A stretch of 64,000 nucleotides of DNA from Candidatus Levyibacteriota bacterium (GCA_003173895.1 PJMG01000022.1:3454-67453), one strand, 5' to 3'; counted from the first letter of the stretch, positions 1 through 10,359 are shown. The notes: generated by a model not told the origin, from the sequence alone. Numbers and translations: made by a program.

Positions 1-279
1 GATCGTTAAAAGCTGAAGTATGATAGAAGCATTGATATAAGGATTAAGACCTAAAGCCATGATAGAGAAATTAGCTAGAGTTCCACCGGAAAAAATATCT
101 AGAAGTCCTAAAAATTGATTTTGAGCAAATAAATTATGTAGATTAGCTAAATTTATACCACTAACTGGAATATGTGCGAAAAGTCTGAAGATTATAAAAA
201 TCCCAGCGGTAAACAGTATTTTTTTCTTTATATCGCGATTTTCGAAAGCTTTTTTAAAGGTTTGAAAGATTCTATTCAT
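1..279 (-). CDS. secY: Preprotein translocase SecY, 5' part (runs off the window)
   Basis: Manual translation [24 protein letters not shown]...[11 protein letters not shown]...[32 protein letters not shown]; follows rplO. Confidence 0.95.
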   Translation of the reverse strand, partial: MNRIFQTFKKAFENRDIKKKILFTAGIFIIFRLFAHIPVSGINLANLHNLFAQNQFLGLLDIFSGGTLANFSIMALGLNPYINASIILQLLTI

Positions 280-715
280 TAACGACTTTCCCGCCTGCTT
301 TTTCTATACTATTTTTAGCACCTTTAGAAAGAGGAAGTTTAATAGACAGTTTTTTATCTAAAGGAGAATTACCTAAGATTTTTACGCCATTTTTTAAAGC
401 TTTTTTACTATCTACTAATTTTTTATCGATTAGCATTTTTATATCAATTAAATCTCCATCTTTAAAAATAGCTAATTTAGAAATATGAATTATTTCTTCT
501 TTAGCAGCTTTTTCAAAATTTCGACCTTTACCTTTTAAGAAAGGTAATCTTTTAATAAAATTCATGTCTGCTCCATCAAAACTAAGTGGTATTTTACCTC
601 TAACTTTTGCACCTTTTTGGCCACGACCTGCAGTTTTAACACGACCTGAACCGTGTCCTTGACCTACTCTTTTTTTTGTTCTATTTTTAATTTTAGTTAA
701 ATTATTTAAATTCAT
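272..715 (-). CDS. rplO: 50S ribosomal protein L15
   Basis: [20 protein letters not shown] motif; spc operon position. Confidence 0.97.
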   Translation of the reverse strand: MNLNNLTKIKNRTKKRVGQGHGSGRVKTAGRGQKGAKVRGKIPLSFDGADMNFIKRLPFLKGKGRNFEKAAKEEIIHISKLAIFKDGDLIDIKMLIDKKLVDSKKALKNGVKILGNSPLDKKLSIKLPLSKGAKNSIEKAGGKVVNE

Positions 716-717
716 AA

Positions 718-1209
718 TTATTTCTTAGATTTAATTCTACCTAAATTTTTAGTATTTAAGACTATAATTCTTTGTAGCGCATATAGAGTAGCATACACAT
801 TACTAGCTTTGTTATCACTTCCTAAAATTTTAGATGAGATATTTTCAATTCCAGCTGCTGAAACTACACTACGAACAGCACCACCAGCTATAATTCCACT
901 TCCTTTAGGTGCTGGTTTAAGAAGTATTTCTGCTGCGCCTTTTTTAACTTTTATACCAAATGGTATAGTACCATTTTTGATTGGAACATCTATTAAATGT
1001 TTTTTAGCATAAGTAGAGGCCTTACGGATAGCAGATGCAACATCGTTAGCCTTTCCAAGTCCTAACCCTACTTTACCTTTTTTATTTCCTACTATTATAA
1101 TGGCCGAAAATCCAATTTTATTTCCACCCTGAGTTTTTTTACTAACTCTATTTACTTGTACTACTTCTTCACTAAATTCTGATGGTTGTTTATTAAATCT
1201 ATCTTCCAT
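718..1209 (-). CDS. rpsE: 30S ribosomal protein S5
   Basis: VNRVSKKTQGG, LKPAPKGSGIIAGG motifs. Confidence 0.97.
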   Translation of the reverse strand: MEDRFNKQPSEFSEEVVQVNRVSKKTQGGNKIGFSAIIIVGNKKGKVGLGLGKANDVASAIRKASTYAKKHLIDVPIKNGTIPFGIKVKKGAAEILLKPAPKGSGIIAGGAVRSVVSAAGIENISSKILGSDNKASNVYATLYALQRIIVLNTKNLGRIKSKK

Positions 1210-1210
1210 A

Positions 1211-1546
1211 TTAGAATTTTAGTCCTCCTTCCCGTGCACCTTCTGCTAACGCTTTAATTCGACCATGATATCTATATGCACCACGATCAAAAATTACATC
1301 GCTTATTTTTTTCTCTTTAGCTGCTTTAGCTATTTCAACTCCTACTGCTTTAGCAACTTCTATTTTATTTTTTGATTTTTCAGCTAAGTTTTTTTCTGAT
1401 GCACTAGCTAGAACTTGTCCATTTTTATTATCAATAACTTGAGCATAAATGTGCATATTTGATCTAAAAACTGAAAGTCTAGGTTTATCTAACCTTTTCA
1501 TTTTCATTCTAGTTCTTTGTTGTTTTTTTAATTTATTTACCTTCAT
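1211..1546 (-). CDS. rplR: 50S ribosomal protein L18
   Basis: [33 protein letters not shown]. Confidence 0.97.
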   Translation of the reverse strand: MKVNKLKKQQRTRMKMKRLDKPRLSVFRSNMHIYAQVIDNKNGQVLASASEKNLAEKSKNKIEVAKAVGVEIAKAAKEKKISDVIFDRGAYRYHGRIKALAEGAREGGLKF

Positions 1547-1563
1547 ATATTTTAATTAATTCG

Positions 1564-2124
1564 TTACTTACCACCAGCTGCACCTGCTGTAGCTTTTGCT
1601 TTACCAGCTTTTATTCTAATCTTTTCACCTGCATATTTAATACCCTTACCTTTATAAGGTTCAGGTGATTTAATAGCACGAATCTGAGCTGCTGTATTTC
1701 CTACTAAAGCTACATCAATTCCCATTACACTTATAGCATTATCTTTTACCGCAAAAGTTATACCTTTAGGTGCTTTTACTTTTACAGGATGAGAAAAACC
1801 CAAAGATAAAGTTAATTCCTCAGGCGTAGCTTGAGCTCTGAATCCCACTCCTGATAGCTCTAATTTCTTCTCAAAACCTGTAGTTACACCTTTAACCATA
1901 TTAGCTATCATAGCTCTAGTTAAACCAAATAAAGCTGAAGTTAATTCTTTGGATTTCTCATCTTGAGAAACTATAATTTTATCTTCTTCAAATTTAACTT
2001 TTATTCCACTAGGTACATCAAAAGCTAATTCACCTTTTGGTCCTTTGACTAAAACTGAAGAACCATCAATATTTACTGATGCTTCTTTTGGTACTTCAAC
2101 TGGTATTTTTCCTATTCTCGACAT
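1564..2124 (-). CDS. rplF: 50S ribosomal protein L6
   Basis: MSRIGKIPV, PEPYKGKGIKY. Confidence 0.97.
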   Translation of the reverse strand: MSRIGKIPVEVPKEASVNIDGSSVLVKGPKGELAFDVPSGIKVKFEEDKIIVSQDEKSKELTSALFGLTRAMIANMVKGVTTGFEKKLELSGVGFRAQATPEELTLSLGFSHPVKVKAPKGITFAVKDNAISVMGIDVALVGNTAAQIRAIKSPEPYKGKGIKYAGEKIRIKAGKAKATAGAAGGK

Positions 2125-2136
2125 AAATTTATTTTA

Positions 2137-2159
2137 ACCCTGAGCCAACGCCGAAGGGT
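2137..2159. repeat. Short GC-rich palindromic element (ACCCTGAGC...CGAAGGGT type) between rpsH and rplF
   Basis: accctgagccaacgccgaagggt; related to sequences at 58155, 60047 and 62913. Confidence 0.6.
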
Positions 2160-2549
2160 CTACCAAACTTCAAAGAGTATTTCTCCTCCTAGACCTTTCT
2201 CTACTGCTTCTTTACCTGTCATTATTCCCTTATTAGTTGAAAGGACTAGGTTTTTTAAACCTTTATATCTTTTATGTTCTAATCCTTTTTTATCCTCATA
2301 AACACGAATAGATGGACGAGATACTATTTTTACTTCATTTATAGCAGGCATTCTATCAATATAAGCAATTTCTACTGTTAAATTACTTTTATTTTTATCA
2401 GCTTTAAAATCAGTTATGTAACCTTCTTTTTTAAGCACAGACAGAATATTTTGTGCCATTTTTGAAAAAGGCATCTCTGTTTTTCTTCGGCCAGCCTGTG
2501 CTGCATTTTTAACTCTAATTATTGTATCTGATACTGTATAATTATTCAT
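2160..2549 (-). CDS. rpsH: 30S ribosomal protein S8
   Basis: VSRPSIRVY, LSTNKGIMTGKEA...GLGGE. Confidence 0.96.
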   Translation of the reverse strand: MNNYTVSDTIIRVKNAAQAGRRKTEMPFSKMAQNILSVLKKEGYITDFKADKNKSNLTVEIAYIDRMPAINEVKIVSRPSIRVYEDKKGLEHKRYKGLKNLVLSTNKGIMTGKEAVEKGLGGEILFEVW

Positions 2550-2555
2550 AAATTT

Positions 2556-2741
2556 TTACCAAGAAGCTTTTTTTACTCCTGGTAACTGGCCTTTTAAGGC
2601 TAATTCTCTAAAACATGATCTACAAATTCCAAATTTTCTCATATATGCACGTGCTCTCCCGCAGATAGAACATCTATTTTTTTCACGAGTTGAGAATTTT
2701 TGTTTATGTAAAAATTTAACTACATTTGATTTTTTAGGCAT
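2556..2741 (-). CDS. rpsZ: 30S ribosomal protein S14 type Z (Zn-binding)
   Basis: 61 aa, RCSICGR...CRSCFRE. Confidence 0.96.
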   Translation of the reverse strand: MPKKSNVVKFLHKQKFSTREKNRCSICGRARAYMRKFGICRSCFRELALKGQLPGVKKASW

Positions 2742-2743
2742 AA

Positions 2744-3289
2744 TTATTTATCCTTTCTAAATGGCATTCCCATTTTTTCTAAAAGCGTGAATGCCTGTTT
2801 ACTATCTTTAGCTTTAGTAACTATAGTTACTTCCAATCCGAAAATTTTTTCTATTCTCCCTAAATCTACCTCAGGGAAAATACTATAATCTGGTACTCCT
2901 AAAGTATAATTACCATTTTTATCAAAACTGGTTTTAGATACACCATGAAAATCTTTTACTCTAGGAAAGACAATTTTAACAAGTTTTTCGAAAAAATCAT
3001 ACATCCTATTTCCTCTTAGAGTTACTACTAAACCAATTTTATCTCCTTCTCTAAGCTTAAACCCTGCAATTGCTTTTTTAGCTGCTGTGATTTTAGGTTT
3101 TTGTCCAGCTATTTGAGCCATAACCTGGCTTGCTATTTCCATATTCTTTTTATCAGCTGTAGCACCTCTTACACCCATATTAATAACTATCTTTGAAAGA
3201 GTAGGTACAGACATAATATTTTTAAGACCCAAATCTTTTTTAAGATCTTCGCTAATTTTATTTTTAAATTCTTCTTTTAAATTATTCAT
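2744..3289 (-). CDS. rplE: 50S ribosomal protein L5
   Basis: [26 protein letters not shown]. Confidence 0.97.
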   Translation of the reverse strand: MNNLKEEFKNKISEDLKKDLGLKNIMSVPTLSKIVINMGVRGATADKKNMEIASQVMAQIAGQKPKITAAKKAIAGFKLREGDKIGLVVTLRGNRMYDFFEKLVKIVFPRVKDFHGVSKTSFDKNGNYTLGVPDYSIFPEVDLGRIEKIFGLEVTIVTKAKDSKQAFTLLEKMGMPFRKDK

Positions 3290-3293
3290 AATT

Positions 3294-3602
3294 TTAAATT
3301 TCTTTCTTACATTTTCTACAGATTCTAACTTTTTTACCTTCTTTTTTTATTTCATAACCTACACGAGTTGTTTTTTTACAACTTGGACAAACTAAAGCTA
3401 CTTTAGCTAAGATAATAGGCTTAGTAATGGTAACTATTTCAGATTTCTGTCCAGCAAATCTACCTTTGACGTGTCTTTTAAATTCATTTATATTAGGAAC
3501 TAAAATCATATTTTCTTTAGCCAATACTTTTTCTACTTTACCTGTTTTGCCTTTATCTCTACCCATTACTATTTTTATTTGATCACCTTTTTTTATTTTC
3601 AT
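3294..3602 (-). CDS. rplX: 50S ribosomal protein L24
   Basis: KKGDQIKIVMGRDKGKTG KOW motif; two CxxC. Confidence 0.96.
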   Translation of the reverse strand: MKIKKGDQIKIVMGRDKGKTGKVEKVLAKENMILVPNINEFKRHVKGRFAGQKSEIVTITKPIILAKVALVCPSCKKTTRVGYEIKKEGKKVRICRKCKKEI

Positions 3603-3607
3603 AATTT

Positions 3608-3982
3608 TTAAACTACCTCCGGTGCCATACTGGCAATTTTTACAAATCCGCGATCTCTTACTTCACGAGCTACTGGTCCAAAAATACGTGTTCCCTTAGG
3701 ATTTTTATCTTTTAAACTATCTATTACTACCCCTGCATTCTCAGAAAATCTAACATATGAACTATCTTTTCTTTTTATTTCTTTTTTAGTTCTAACTATT
3801 ACTACTTTTACTATTTCACCTGTTTTAACATTTCCAGTAGGAATAGCTTCTTTAACTACACAGTTGGTTACATCTCCTACATATCCAAATTTTCTTTTGG
3901 AACCACCGAAAACGTGTATTACTTGTAAACGTTTAGCGCCACTATTATCTGCTACTGTTAAAATACTTCTTAGCTGTATCAT
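3608..3982 (-). CDS. rplN: 50S ribosomal protein L14
   Basis: [19 protein letters not shown]. Confidence 0.97.
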   Translation of the reverse strand: MIQLRSILTVADNSGAKRLQVIHVFGGSKRKFGYVGDVTNCVVKEAIPTGNVKTGEIVKVVIVRTKKEIKRKDSSYVRFSENAGVVIDSLKDKNPKGTRIFGPVAREVRDRGFVKIASMAPEVV

Positions 3983-4212
3983 TTTTTATATACCTCCACT
4001 ATTTTAAAATGTTTATTCTTTGATATAGGTCTAGTTTCTTCTATTTTTACCTGATCTCCTATCTTAACTTCTTTACTATTTGGGTCCACTAAGAACTTTT
4101 TAGTTCTGGTTAAAAGCTTTTTATATAATGGATGAGCTATTTTACGGCTCGTTTCTACTACTACCGTTTTTTCACTAGTTACTCTAATAATGTATCCTCT
4201 AAGTATTTTCAT
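3979..4212 (-). CDS. rpsQ: 30S ribosomal protein S17
   Basis: [22 protein letters not shown]. Confidence 0.95.
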   Translation of the reverse strand: MKILRGYIIRVTSEKTVVVETSRKIAHPLYKKLLTRTKKFLVDPNSKEVKIGDQVKIEETRPISKNKHFKIVEVYKK

Positions 4213-4426
4213 TTAATTGTTTTTCTCGCATAGCTGTTAAGAGCTTAGCAATCTCCTTTCTTTTTAGAGTTAAAAAACTGGTGTTTTTCAACTTTCCCTG
4301 AACATGGTCTAACTTTAATTTATTTAACTCTTCTTTTAAGAGTTTTAATTTTTCTTTAGCATCTAAACTTTTAGTTTCAGTTTTTTCTGTTTTGGTTTTT
4401 AATTTTGCCATATTTTTATTTTTCAA
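4199..4426 (-). CDS. rpmC: 50S ribosomal protein L29 (alternative start 4411)
   Basis: GKLKNTS...RKEIAKLLT; lies between rplP and rpsQ. Confidence 0.9.
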   Translation of the reverse strand: MKNKNMAKLKTKTEKTETKSLDAKEKLKLLKEELNKLKLDHVQGKLKNTSFLTLKRKEIAKLLTAMREKQLNENT

Positions 4427-4820
4427 TTATTTTAGTTTTTACTGGTAACTTATATGCTGCTAATCTAAGCGCAGCCATAGCGATATCTCGACTAATTCCA
4501 CCCATTTCAAATAAAATTCTTCCTGCTTTGACTGGTGCCACATACTCATGCACATCACCTTTTCCAGACCCCATTCTAACCTCTGGTGGTTTTTTAGTAA
4601 TGGGTTTGTCAGGAAAAATTCTAATCCATAATCTTCCACCTCTAGCAGTATAGTGAGTTATAGCACGTCTAGCTGCTTCTATTTGGCGAGCTGTAATCCA
4701 TGCCATATCTTCCGAAACTAAACCAAATTCTCCGAAGTTTAGTCTAGTTCCACTATGGGCTACACCCTTCATGGTTCTTCTTTGTTGTTTTCGATATTTT
4801 ACTCTTCTTGGTATTAACAT
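4416..4820 (-). CDS. rplP: 50S ribosomal protein L16
   Basis: [24 protein letters not shown]. Confidence 0.97.
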   Translation of the reverse strand: MLIPRRVKYRKQQRRTMKGVAHSGTRLNFGEFGLVSEDMAWITARQIEAARRAITHYTARGGRLWIRIFPDKPITKKPPEVRMGSGKGDVHEYVAPVKAGRILFEMGGISRDIAMAALRLAAYKLPVKTKIIEK

Positions 4821-4824
4821 AATT

Positions 4825-5469
4825 TTACTTATCTCCTAAATTTATCCAAACCTTAACGCCTACATATCCCGCTTTAGTTAATGCTGGTAACTGAGCATAA
4901 AACACTTTCTCTCTTATAGTTGAGAAAGGCATAGAACCTATTTGAATTTTCTCTTTTCTATGGATAGCTGCACCATTAATACGACCTGAAAGTAATATTT
5001 TTACTCCCTTGGCTCCAGCTTGCATTACTCTTTCTGCATTTTGATTTAAGATTCTTTTATATGGTAACCTCCTAGCGAGCTGTTCTGAAACATTATGAGC
5101 TACTATATTAGCATCTAAATTAGGTTCTTTTACTGTCTCAATTTTTATATCTACTTTTGGTAAGTTTTTAGTCTTAGTCGTTTCTCTTAAAGTTTCGTTA
5201 ATAAATTTCTTAAGTTCTTCCAGTCCTGATCCTCCTCGACCTATAACCATACCAGGCTTGGAAACAAAAATTATAAATCTAATGCTATTTATAGAACGTT
5301 CAATCTCTACTCTGGAAAACCCTGCTGTTTTAAGTCTATCTGTAATTAACTTTCTTAATTTAAAATCCTGAAGAAGTGTTTCTTTATAATTTTTATTATC
5401 AAACCAACGAGATTCCCAATTTAAAACACTTCCTATTCTAAAACCTATTGGATTTACTTTTTTACCCAT
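4825..5469 (-). CDS. rpsC: 30S ribosomal protein S3
   Basis: [25 protein letters not shown] motif. Confidence 0.97.
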   Translation of the reverse strand: MGKKVNPIGFRIGSVLNWESRWFDNKNYKETLLQDFKLRKLITDRLKTAGFSRVEIERSINSIRFIIFVSKPGMVIGRGGSGLEELKKFINETLRETTKTKNLPKVDIKIETVKEPNLDANIVAHNVSEQLARRLPYKRILNQNAERVMQAGAKGVKILLSGRINGAAIHRKEKIQIGSMPFSTIREKVFYAQLPALTKAGYVGVKVWINLGDK

Positions 5470-5860
5470 TTTTTGTCTCCTTTCCTTTTTTATCTTCTAC
5501 TTTTGCTTCAATTTTTTCTGCTTTCATAATTTTTTGATCTAAAATCACTTCTATTTCTGATGCTCTTAGCTTATAAGGTTTAACATGTGATCTACTTCCA
5601 ATTCTCATTCTTTTTATAAATGGCGCCTCTTTTACCTCTAAACTTTTAATTACTAAACTATCTCGATCTAACTTAGCGTTATTAGTTGCATTAGCTATAG
5701 CACTTTTTAAGGTCTTTAAGATTATACCTGCTGCTCTTTTTTGAACTAAAGGCAATGTTATTAAAGCCTGACTTACAGACATTTTTCGCACCATATCTGC
5801 TACTAACCTAGCTTTTCTGGGCGTAATTCTAACATTTTTTGTAACTGCTTTTACTTCCAT
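5462..5860 (-). CDS. rplV: 50S ribosomal protein L22 with Lys/Glu-rich tail
   Basis: RITPRKARLVAD, LKSAIANA. Confidence 0.96.
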   Translation of the reverse strand: MEVKAVTKNVRITPRKARLVADMVRKMSVSQALITLPLVQKRAAGIILKTLKSAIANATNNAKLDRDSLVIKSLEVKEAPFIKRMRIGSRSHVKPYKLRASEIEVILDQKIMKAEKIEAKVEDKKGKETKNG

Positions 5861-5873
5861 AAAATTAAATTAA

Positions 5874-6158
5874 TTAGGTCTTAGTTATCTCTCTAGCTAC
5901 TACTTTCCCATGTCCTCTAAATGTACGAGTTGGAGCAAATTCTCCTAGCCTGTGTCCTACCATACTTTCACTAACATATACATCAATATGTACTCGTCCG
6001 TTATATACTCCAAAAGTTAAACCTACGAATTCAGGTGCAATCTGGCAAGATCTAGACCAGGTTCTAATCACTGATCTATCACCAGATTCTTTTTGTTTTA
6101 AAACTTTTTTTAATAATCTTGGGTCTATGTATGGACCCTTTTTACTACTTCTTGCCAT
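5874..6158 (-). CDS. rpsS: 30S ribosomal protein S19
   Basis: [18 protein letters not shown]. Confidence 0.97.
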   Translation of the reverse strand: MARSSKKGPYIDPRLLKKVLKQKESGDRSVIRTWSRSCQIAPEFVGLTFGVYNGRVHIDVYVSESMVGHRLGEFAPTRTFRGHGKVVAREITKT

Positions 6159-6161
6159 AAA

Positions 6162-6899
6162 TTATTTCTTTCTCCTTTGAATAATAAACTTATTAGAATA
6201 TCTTTTACGATTTCTAGTTTTACCTACAGCTGGTCTTCCTGCATAAGTTTTAGGTGTATGCATACCTATTCCAGATCTTGCTTCTCCTCCGCCATGAGGA
6301 TGTGATCTAGGATTCATAGCGACTCCTCGAACAGATGGCCTAATTCCCATGTGTCTTTTGATTCCAGCTTTTTTAAATACTCTTTCTTTCCAAGCTATAT
6401 TTCCTACCTGACCAATAGTTGCTAGACAATCTTTATGTATTCTTCTAATCTCACTAGATGGTAATTTTAGCTGAACAAAATCGCCTTCTTTAGCTCCTAC
6501 AGTAATTAAAGTCCCAGCACTACGTCCCAATTGTCCACCTTTACCCTTAGTTAATTCCACATTATGTACGAAAGTACCCATAGGAATAGCAGAAAGAGGT
6601 AAAACATTACCTGGTTTTAAATCTACATCTGTTCCTTTAGATACTAAACTACCAACTTTTAGTCCGTCAGGTGCAATTATATATCTTTTATCTCCATCTG
6701 GATAGTGAATAAGGGCAATTTGACAATTTCTATTAGGATCATATTCTATGCTTTCTACTTTACCAGGCATAATTTTATTTCTTTTAAAATCTATAACTCT
6801 GATAAAATTCTTATTCCCCCCACCTTGGTGCCTCATAGTGACTTGACCGGTAAAGTTTCTTCCAGAATGTTTCTTTTTTATATATTTAAGTTTTTTCAT
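6162..6899 (-). CDS. rplB: 50S ribosomal protein L2 (short N-terminus, 245 aa)
   Basis: IEYDPNR, RGVAMNPRSHPHGGG. Confidence 0.97.
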   Translation of the reverse strand: MKKLKYIKKKHSGRNFTGQVTMRHQGGGNKNFIRVIDFKRNKIMPGKVESIEYDPNRNCQIALIHYPDGDKRYIIAPDGLKVGSLVSKGTDVDLKPGNVLPLSAIPMGTFVHNVELTKGKGGQLGRSAGTLITVGAKEGDFVQLKLPSSEIRRIHKDCLATIGQVGNIAWKERVFKKAGIKRHMGIRPSVRGVAMNPRSHPHGGGEARSGIGMHTPKTYAGRPAVGKTRNRKRYSNKFIIQRRKK

Positions 6900-7183
6900 T
6901 ATTTCTTTTCTCCTTCAAATAAATCTATTTTTTCACCTTTTTTTAGTTCTACTATAGCTTTTTTAACATCACTCAAATTTTTTAATGTTCTTTTAGCTCC
7001 ACTCCTTATTGTTCTTCCTTTTAAAATAGATGTTGAAATACTAATCGGATTAACATTAAACGTATCTTTAATTTCTTTTTTTAGAGCTGATTTAGATGCA
7101 GTTTTTGTAACTATAAATGTGAATTTATTTTTAGATACATCTTTCATAGATTTCTCAGTTATGATTGGTTTAATAATTAACAT
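6899..7183 (-). CDS. rplW: 50S ribosomal protein L23
   Basis: KPIITEKS, KKAIVELKKG. Confidence 0.95.
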   Translation of the reverse strand: MLIIKPIITEKSMKDVSKNKFTFIVTKTASKSALKKEIKDTFNVNPISISTSILKGRTIRSGAKRTLKNLSDVKKAIVELKKGEKIDLFEGEKK

Positions 7184-7185
7184 TT

Positions 7186-7992
7186 TTATTTTGTCCTTTC
7201 TGTTAAAGTTTTAACTGAATTTTTAGTTAAAACTAAATCTTTATACTTTAATATTTCAAAAATATTTAGAGTTTTAGCAGTAGTAACTTTAACTCCTGCG
7301 AGATTTCGACTGCCTTTATATATCTTTTCGTTATCTGCATCTGTTACTAAAAGAATATTTCTTTTTTTATTTTTTAATCCTAGATTATTAAATGTATTGT
7401 TAAAGTTTTTAGTTTTAGACTCCAATTTTTCCAAGCCATCTACTAATTTAATAGCTCCATCTAAAAGCCTTTGAGAAATAGCATAAGCTAAAACTTTTTT
7501 CTTCATTTTTTTATTTAAAGTTAAATTATAATCCTGGGTTTTAGGTCCGTGTGCTGTTCCACCTTTTACGAAAATAGGAGCACGAATACCCCCATGTCGA
7601 GCTCTACCTGTTCCTTTTTGTCTGTATATCTTTCTAGTAGAACCTTCTACTTCACCTCTAGTTTGAGTATTAGCATCCCCTTGTCTCTGATTAGTTAAAT
7701 AAACTCGAATAGCCCTTGCTAAAAGAACTTTATTTGGTTTTTCTCCAAAAAGCTCTTTTGGTAATTCCATTTGTTCAATCTCTTTTCCATTAGTATCAAA
7801 AACAGCTAGTTTTAAACTAGCATTCACTCTCTTTTCGCCAACTGACGAATTAGCCTCAACTTTTTTAGTTTCAACTTTCATTTCTTTACTAACTTTCTCT
7901 TTTTTAGTCGTATTTTTCACTTTTAACTTTTCCTTGTCCGCCTTAGCTTTAGCGGCTGCGGAACTTTTAACTTTTAATTTTTCTTCTGCCAT
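7186..7992 (-). CDS. rplD: 50S ribosomal protein L4 with ~55-aa N-terminal extension
   Basis: KIYRQKGTGRARHG motif. Confidence 0.96.
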   Translation of the reverse strand: MAEEKLKVKSSAAAKAKADKEKLKVKNTTKKEKVSKEMKVETKKVEANSSVGEKRVNASLKLAVFDTNGKEIEQMELPKELFGEKPNKVLLARAIRVYLTNQRQGDANTQTRGEVEGSTRKIYRQKGTGRARHGGIRAPIFVKGGTAHGPKTQDYNLTLNKKMKKKVLAYAISQRLLDGAIKLVDGLEKLESKTKNFNNTFNNLGLKNKKRNILLVTDADNEKIYKGSRNLAGVKVTTAKTLNIFEILKYKDLVLTKNSVKTLTERTK

Positions 7993-7993
7993 A

Positions 7994-8746
7994 TTATTTA
8001 GCCTCCTGTTTTACTTCTTCAGTCTTTTCTTCTATTTTCTCTGCTACTTTAACTGATTGCTGTTCTTCAATTTTTTCTTCTTTAATTTCTATTTTCACTA
8101 GTGGAGTAAACTTTTTAGCTTTCTTCTTTTTTTCAATAATTAACTTGGAACCTAGAGGACCTGGAACTAAACCTTTAATAAGAAGTGAAGTAGGTAAAAT
8201 ATCAACTATCTGAAGGTTACGTACAGTTACATTTTCAAATCCCATTTTCCCAGCCATTCTTTTATTCTTATAAACACGGCCAGGAGTAGTGGTTTGACCT
8301 ATAGAACCTGGAGCACGCTCACGATCTGATTGACCATGAGTTCTAGGTCCACCCTTAAAATGATGTCTTTTTACGCCTCCGGCAAATCCTTTACCTTTAC
8401 TTCGTCCTAAAACATCTATTATATCTCCTAATTCGAAAATTTCTTCCATTTTTAAGGCTTTCCCTATTTCTGGCAAATCCTTATCATCTGCTACTCTTAT
8501 CTCCTTTAAAAAATTAGGAGCAAAGTCTAAATTTGCTCCTTTTTTAGTGTGTCCAAGCTGTGCTTTAGTAGGTTTTTTAATTCTTCCCATACCAAGCTGT
8601 ACTGAAAAGTATCCATGCTTCTCAGGTGTTTTTATTTGAGTGACCCAATTACCACTTATTTCCACTTCAGTTACAGGAATTCTAGTTCCGTCTTCCAGGA
8701 ATTTTTGAGTTTGATTTTTTTTAGTTCCTAAAACTGCATTTATCAT
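7994..8746 (-). CDS. rplC: 50S ribosomal protein L3 with charged C-terminal tail
   Basis: SKGKGFAGGVKRH, THGQSDRERAPGSIG. Confidence 0.97.
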   Translation of the reverse strand: MINAVLGTKKNQTQKFLEDGTRIPVTEVEISGNWVTQIKTPEKHGYFSVQLGMGRIKKPTKAQLGHTKKGANLDFAPNFLKEIRVADDKDLPEIGKALKMEEIFELGDIIDVLGRSKGKGFAGGVKRHHFKGGPRTHGQSDRERAPGSIGQTTTPGRVYKNKRMAGKMGFENVTVRNLQIVDILPTSLLIKGLVPGPLGSKLIIEKKKKAKKFTPLVKIEIKEEKIEEQQSVKVAEKIEEKTEEVKQEAK

Positions 8747-8756
8747 ATTTTATGAC

Positions 8757-8781
8757 AAAAAAAGTGGCACCTAAGGCCACT
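8757..8781 (-). terminator. Terminator-like hairpin in the rplC leader
   Basis: Minus strand AAGTGGC-cttaggt-GCCACTT-TTTTT, about 10 nt before the rplC ATG. Confidence 0.7.
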
Positions 8782-8936
8782 TATATTTTGTGGTACTTGG
8801 TAACCTATTTTATGCTCACCGCTTATTTGGTGTAATCATGAAACTTACCTATAATTTTAGCAAATAGTAGCTAGGGTTACAAGGGGCATTGAAAATTTAA
8901 TAAAAAGCTGAAATACTAAGAATAGATAATAAATTT

Positions 8937-9206
8937 ATGGCTAAATCTAAAAAAATATCACGCAAAATTCATAGAGCAAGCTTAAAACATCGCCATAAAC
9001 ATCCATCATGGCTAAATTCTTTTAAGAAATTTAGAATTCATCACAGAATCTTTTTTTATGTACTTGGAGCATTCGGAGCTATCTTAATCTGGCGTGGAGT
9101 TTGGGATCTAGTTGATGCTACGCCTATTTTTAATCATCCAGTTGTTTCACTTTTATCTGGAGTAGGTCTTACAGTAGCTGCTGGAGTATTCTTCGAGTTA
9201 GTATAA
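8937..9206 (+). CDS. Small two-TM membrane protein with His/Lys-rich N-terminus
   Basis: 89 aa; two hydrophobic segments around IWRGVWDL. Confidence 0.75.
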   Translation: MAKSKKISRKIHRASLKHRHKHPSWLNSFKKFRIHHRIFFYVLGAFGAILIWRGVWDLVDATPIFNHPVVSLLSGVGLTVAAGVFFELV

Positions 9207-9208
9207 AC

Positions 9209-9517
9209 TTACATTTTTATTTCTACATCAATTCCTGCTGGGAGATCCAAATGTCCTAAACTATCCATAGTTTTGTCAGTTGGAGAAACAATATCAATAA
9301 GTCTTTTATGAACTTTAATCTCAAAGTGATCTCGAGCATCTTTATCTATAAAAGGGCCTTTATTTACTGCATAAAGACTTCTATCCGTAGGGAGAGGAAT
9401 GGGACCTATAACTTTAGCACCAGTTCGAATAGCAGTATCTAAAATCTGCTGGCAACAGTTATCTATGACGCGTGCGTCATAACTTTTTAGTTTTACTCTA
9501 ATTCTTCCTTTTGGCAT
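9209..9517 (-). CDS. rpsJ: 30S ribosomal protein S10
   Basis: RIRVKLKSYD, GPIPLPT, HKRLIDI. Confidence 0.97.
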   Translation of the reverse strand: MPKGRIRVKLKSYDARVIDNCCQQILDTAIRTGAKVIGPIPLPTDRSLYAVNKGPFIDKDARDHFEIKVHKRLIDIVSPTDKTMDSLGHLDLPAGIDVEIKM

Positions 9518-9636
9518 ATGTTTATTAAAGAACGATAATAGTAAGTTGTATTATACAAAAAGCTAATCCTAATGTCTACGAGGAAATAAAAATTAAAAAT
9601 ATTGTTTTTATAAATTAACTAAACTAAAATAACTAT

Positions 9637-10359
9637 ATGTCGGAACAAGAGATTTCTATCCCACCAATAATTAGAAGTGTTGCTAAATTTGAAGCACGAC
9701 TAAGTGAGGACCAAACTAGCACTAAATTTATTTTAAGTAGGATAATCAGTACAGAAGAGGAGAATACTTTATCTCGGCTAGTAACACAGTATGATAAAGC
9801 AGATTACTTAAATATGGAAAGATGGCCCACATCTTTAATTGGTACGTATTTACAAGCAGGAGATACCAGTGTACTTAGGTATTTGCGTAGGGCGGGAAGT
9901 AAAAGGGGATCTAAAAATATAATATTACCTACCGAAGGTACAGTTATTGTAAGTATTTCTGAAGAGATATCTAATGAAGATTTAAGAAATTTAAGAAATA
10001 TGGATAGTTCAAAAGCATACCAAGAATTAAACGTTAGGAAGTGGCCTTTCTCTTTAATCGCTTATGTTATAGGTAAGGGAAATGAAGAGAGTGTTGATCG
10101 AAATATACGAGTAGTAAGAAGTCGTAGTAGAAGAACAGTTAAGGAACAGAAACCTACTACTACTAGTACTAATGAGATAGAAAGAATTTTGCAACTTGAA
10201 GAAGTATTTCAACAGTTAGAGTCTATACCAACCAAAAGGCAAATTATTGATTTAATGAAATCAAAATTCCCTACTTATTCAGTTGATATCTTAACGGATG
10301 ATTTAATAAAATTTATATTTGAATTCTATAATTATGATGATATAGACGAATTAGATTAA
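9637..10359 (+). CDS. Hypothetical protein with an internal two-fold repeat
   Basis: 240-aa ORF; TAAAAT 6 nt before the ATG. Confidence 0.7.
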   Translation: MSEQEISIPPIIRSVAKFEARLSEDQTSTKFILSRIISTEEENTLSRLVTQYDKADYLNMERWPTSLIGTYLQAGDTSVLRYLRRAGSKRGSKNIILPTEGTVIVSISEEISNEDLRNLRNMDSSKAYQELNVRKWPFSLIAYVIGKGNEESVDRNIRVVRSRSRRTVKEQKPTTTSTNEIERILQLEEVFQQLESIPTKRQIIDLMKSKFPTYSVDILTDDLIKFIFEFYNYDDIDELD

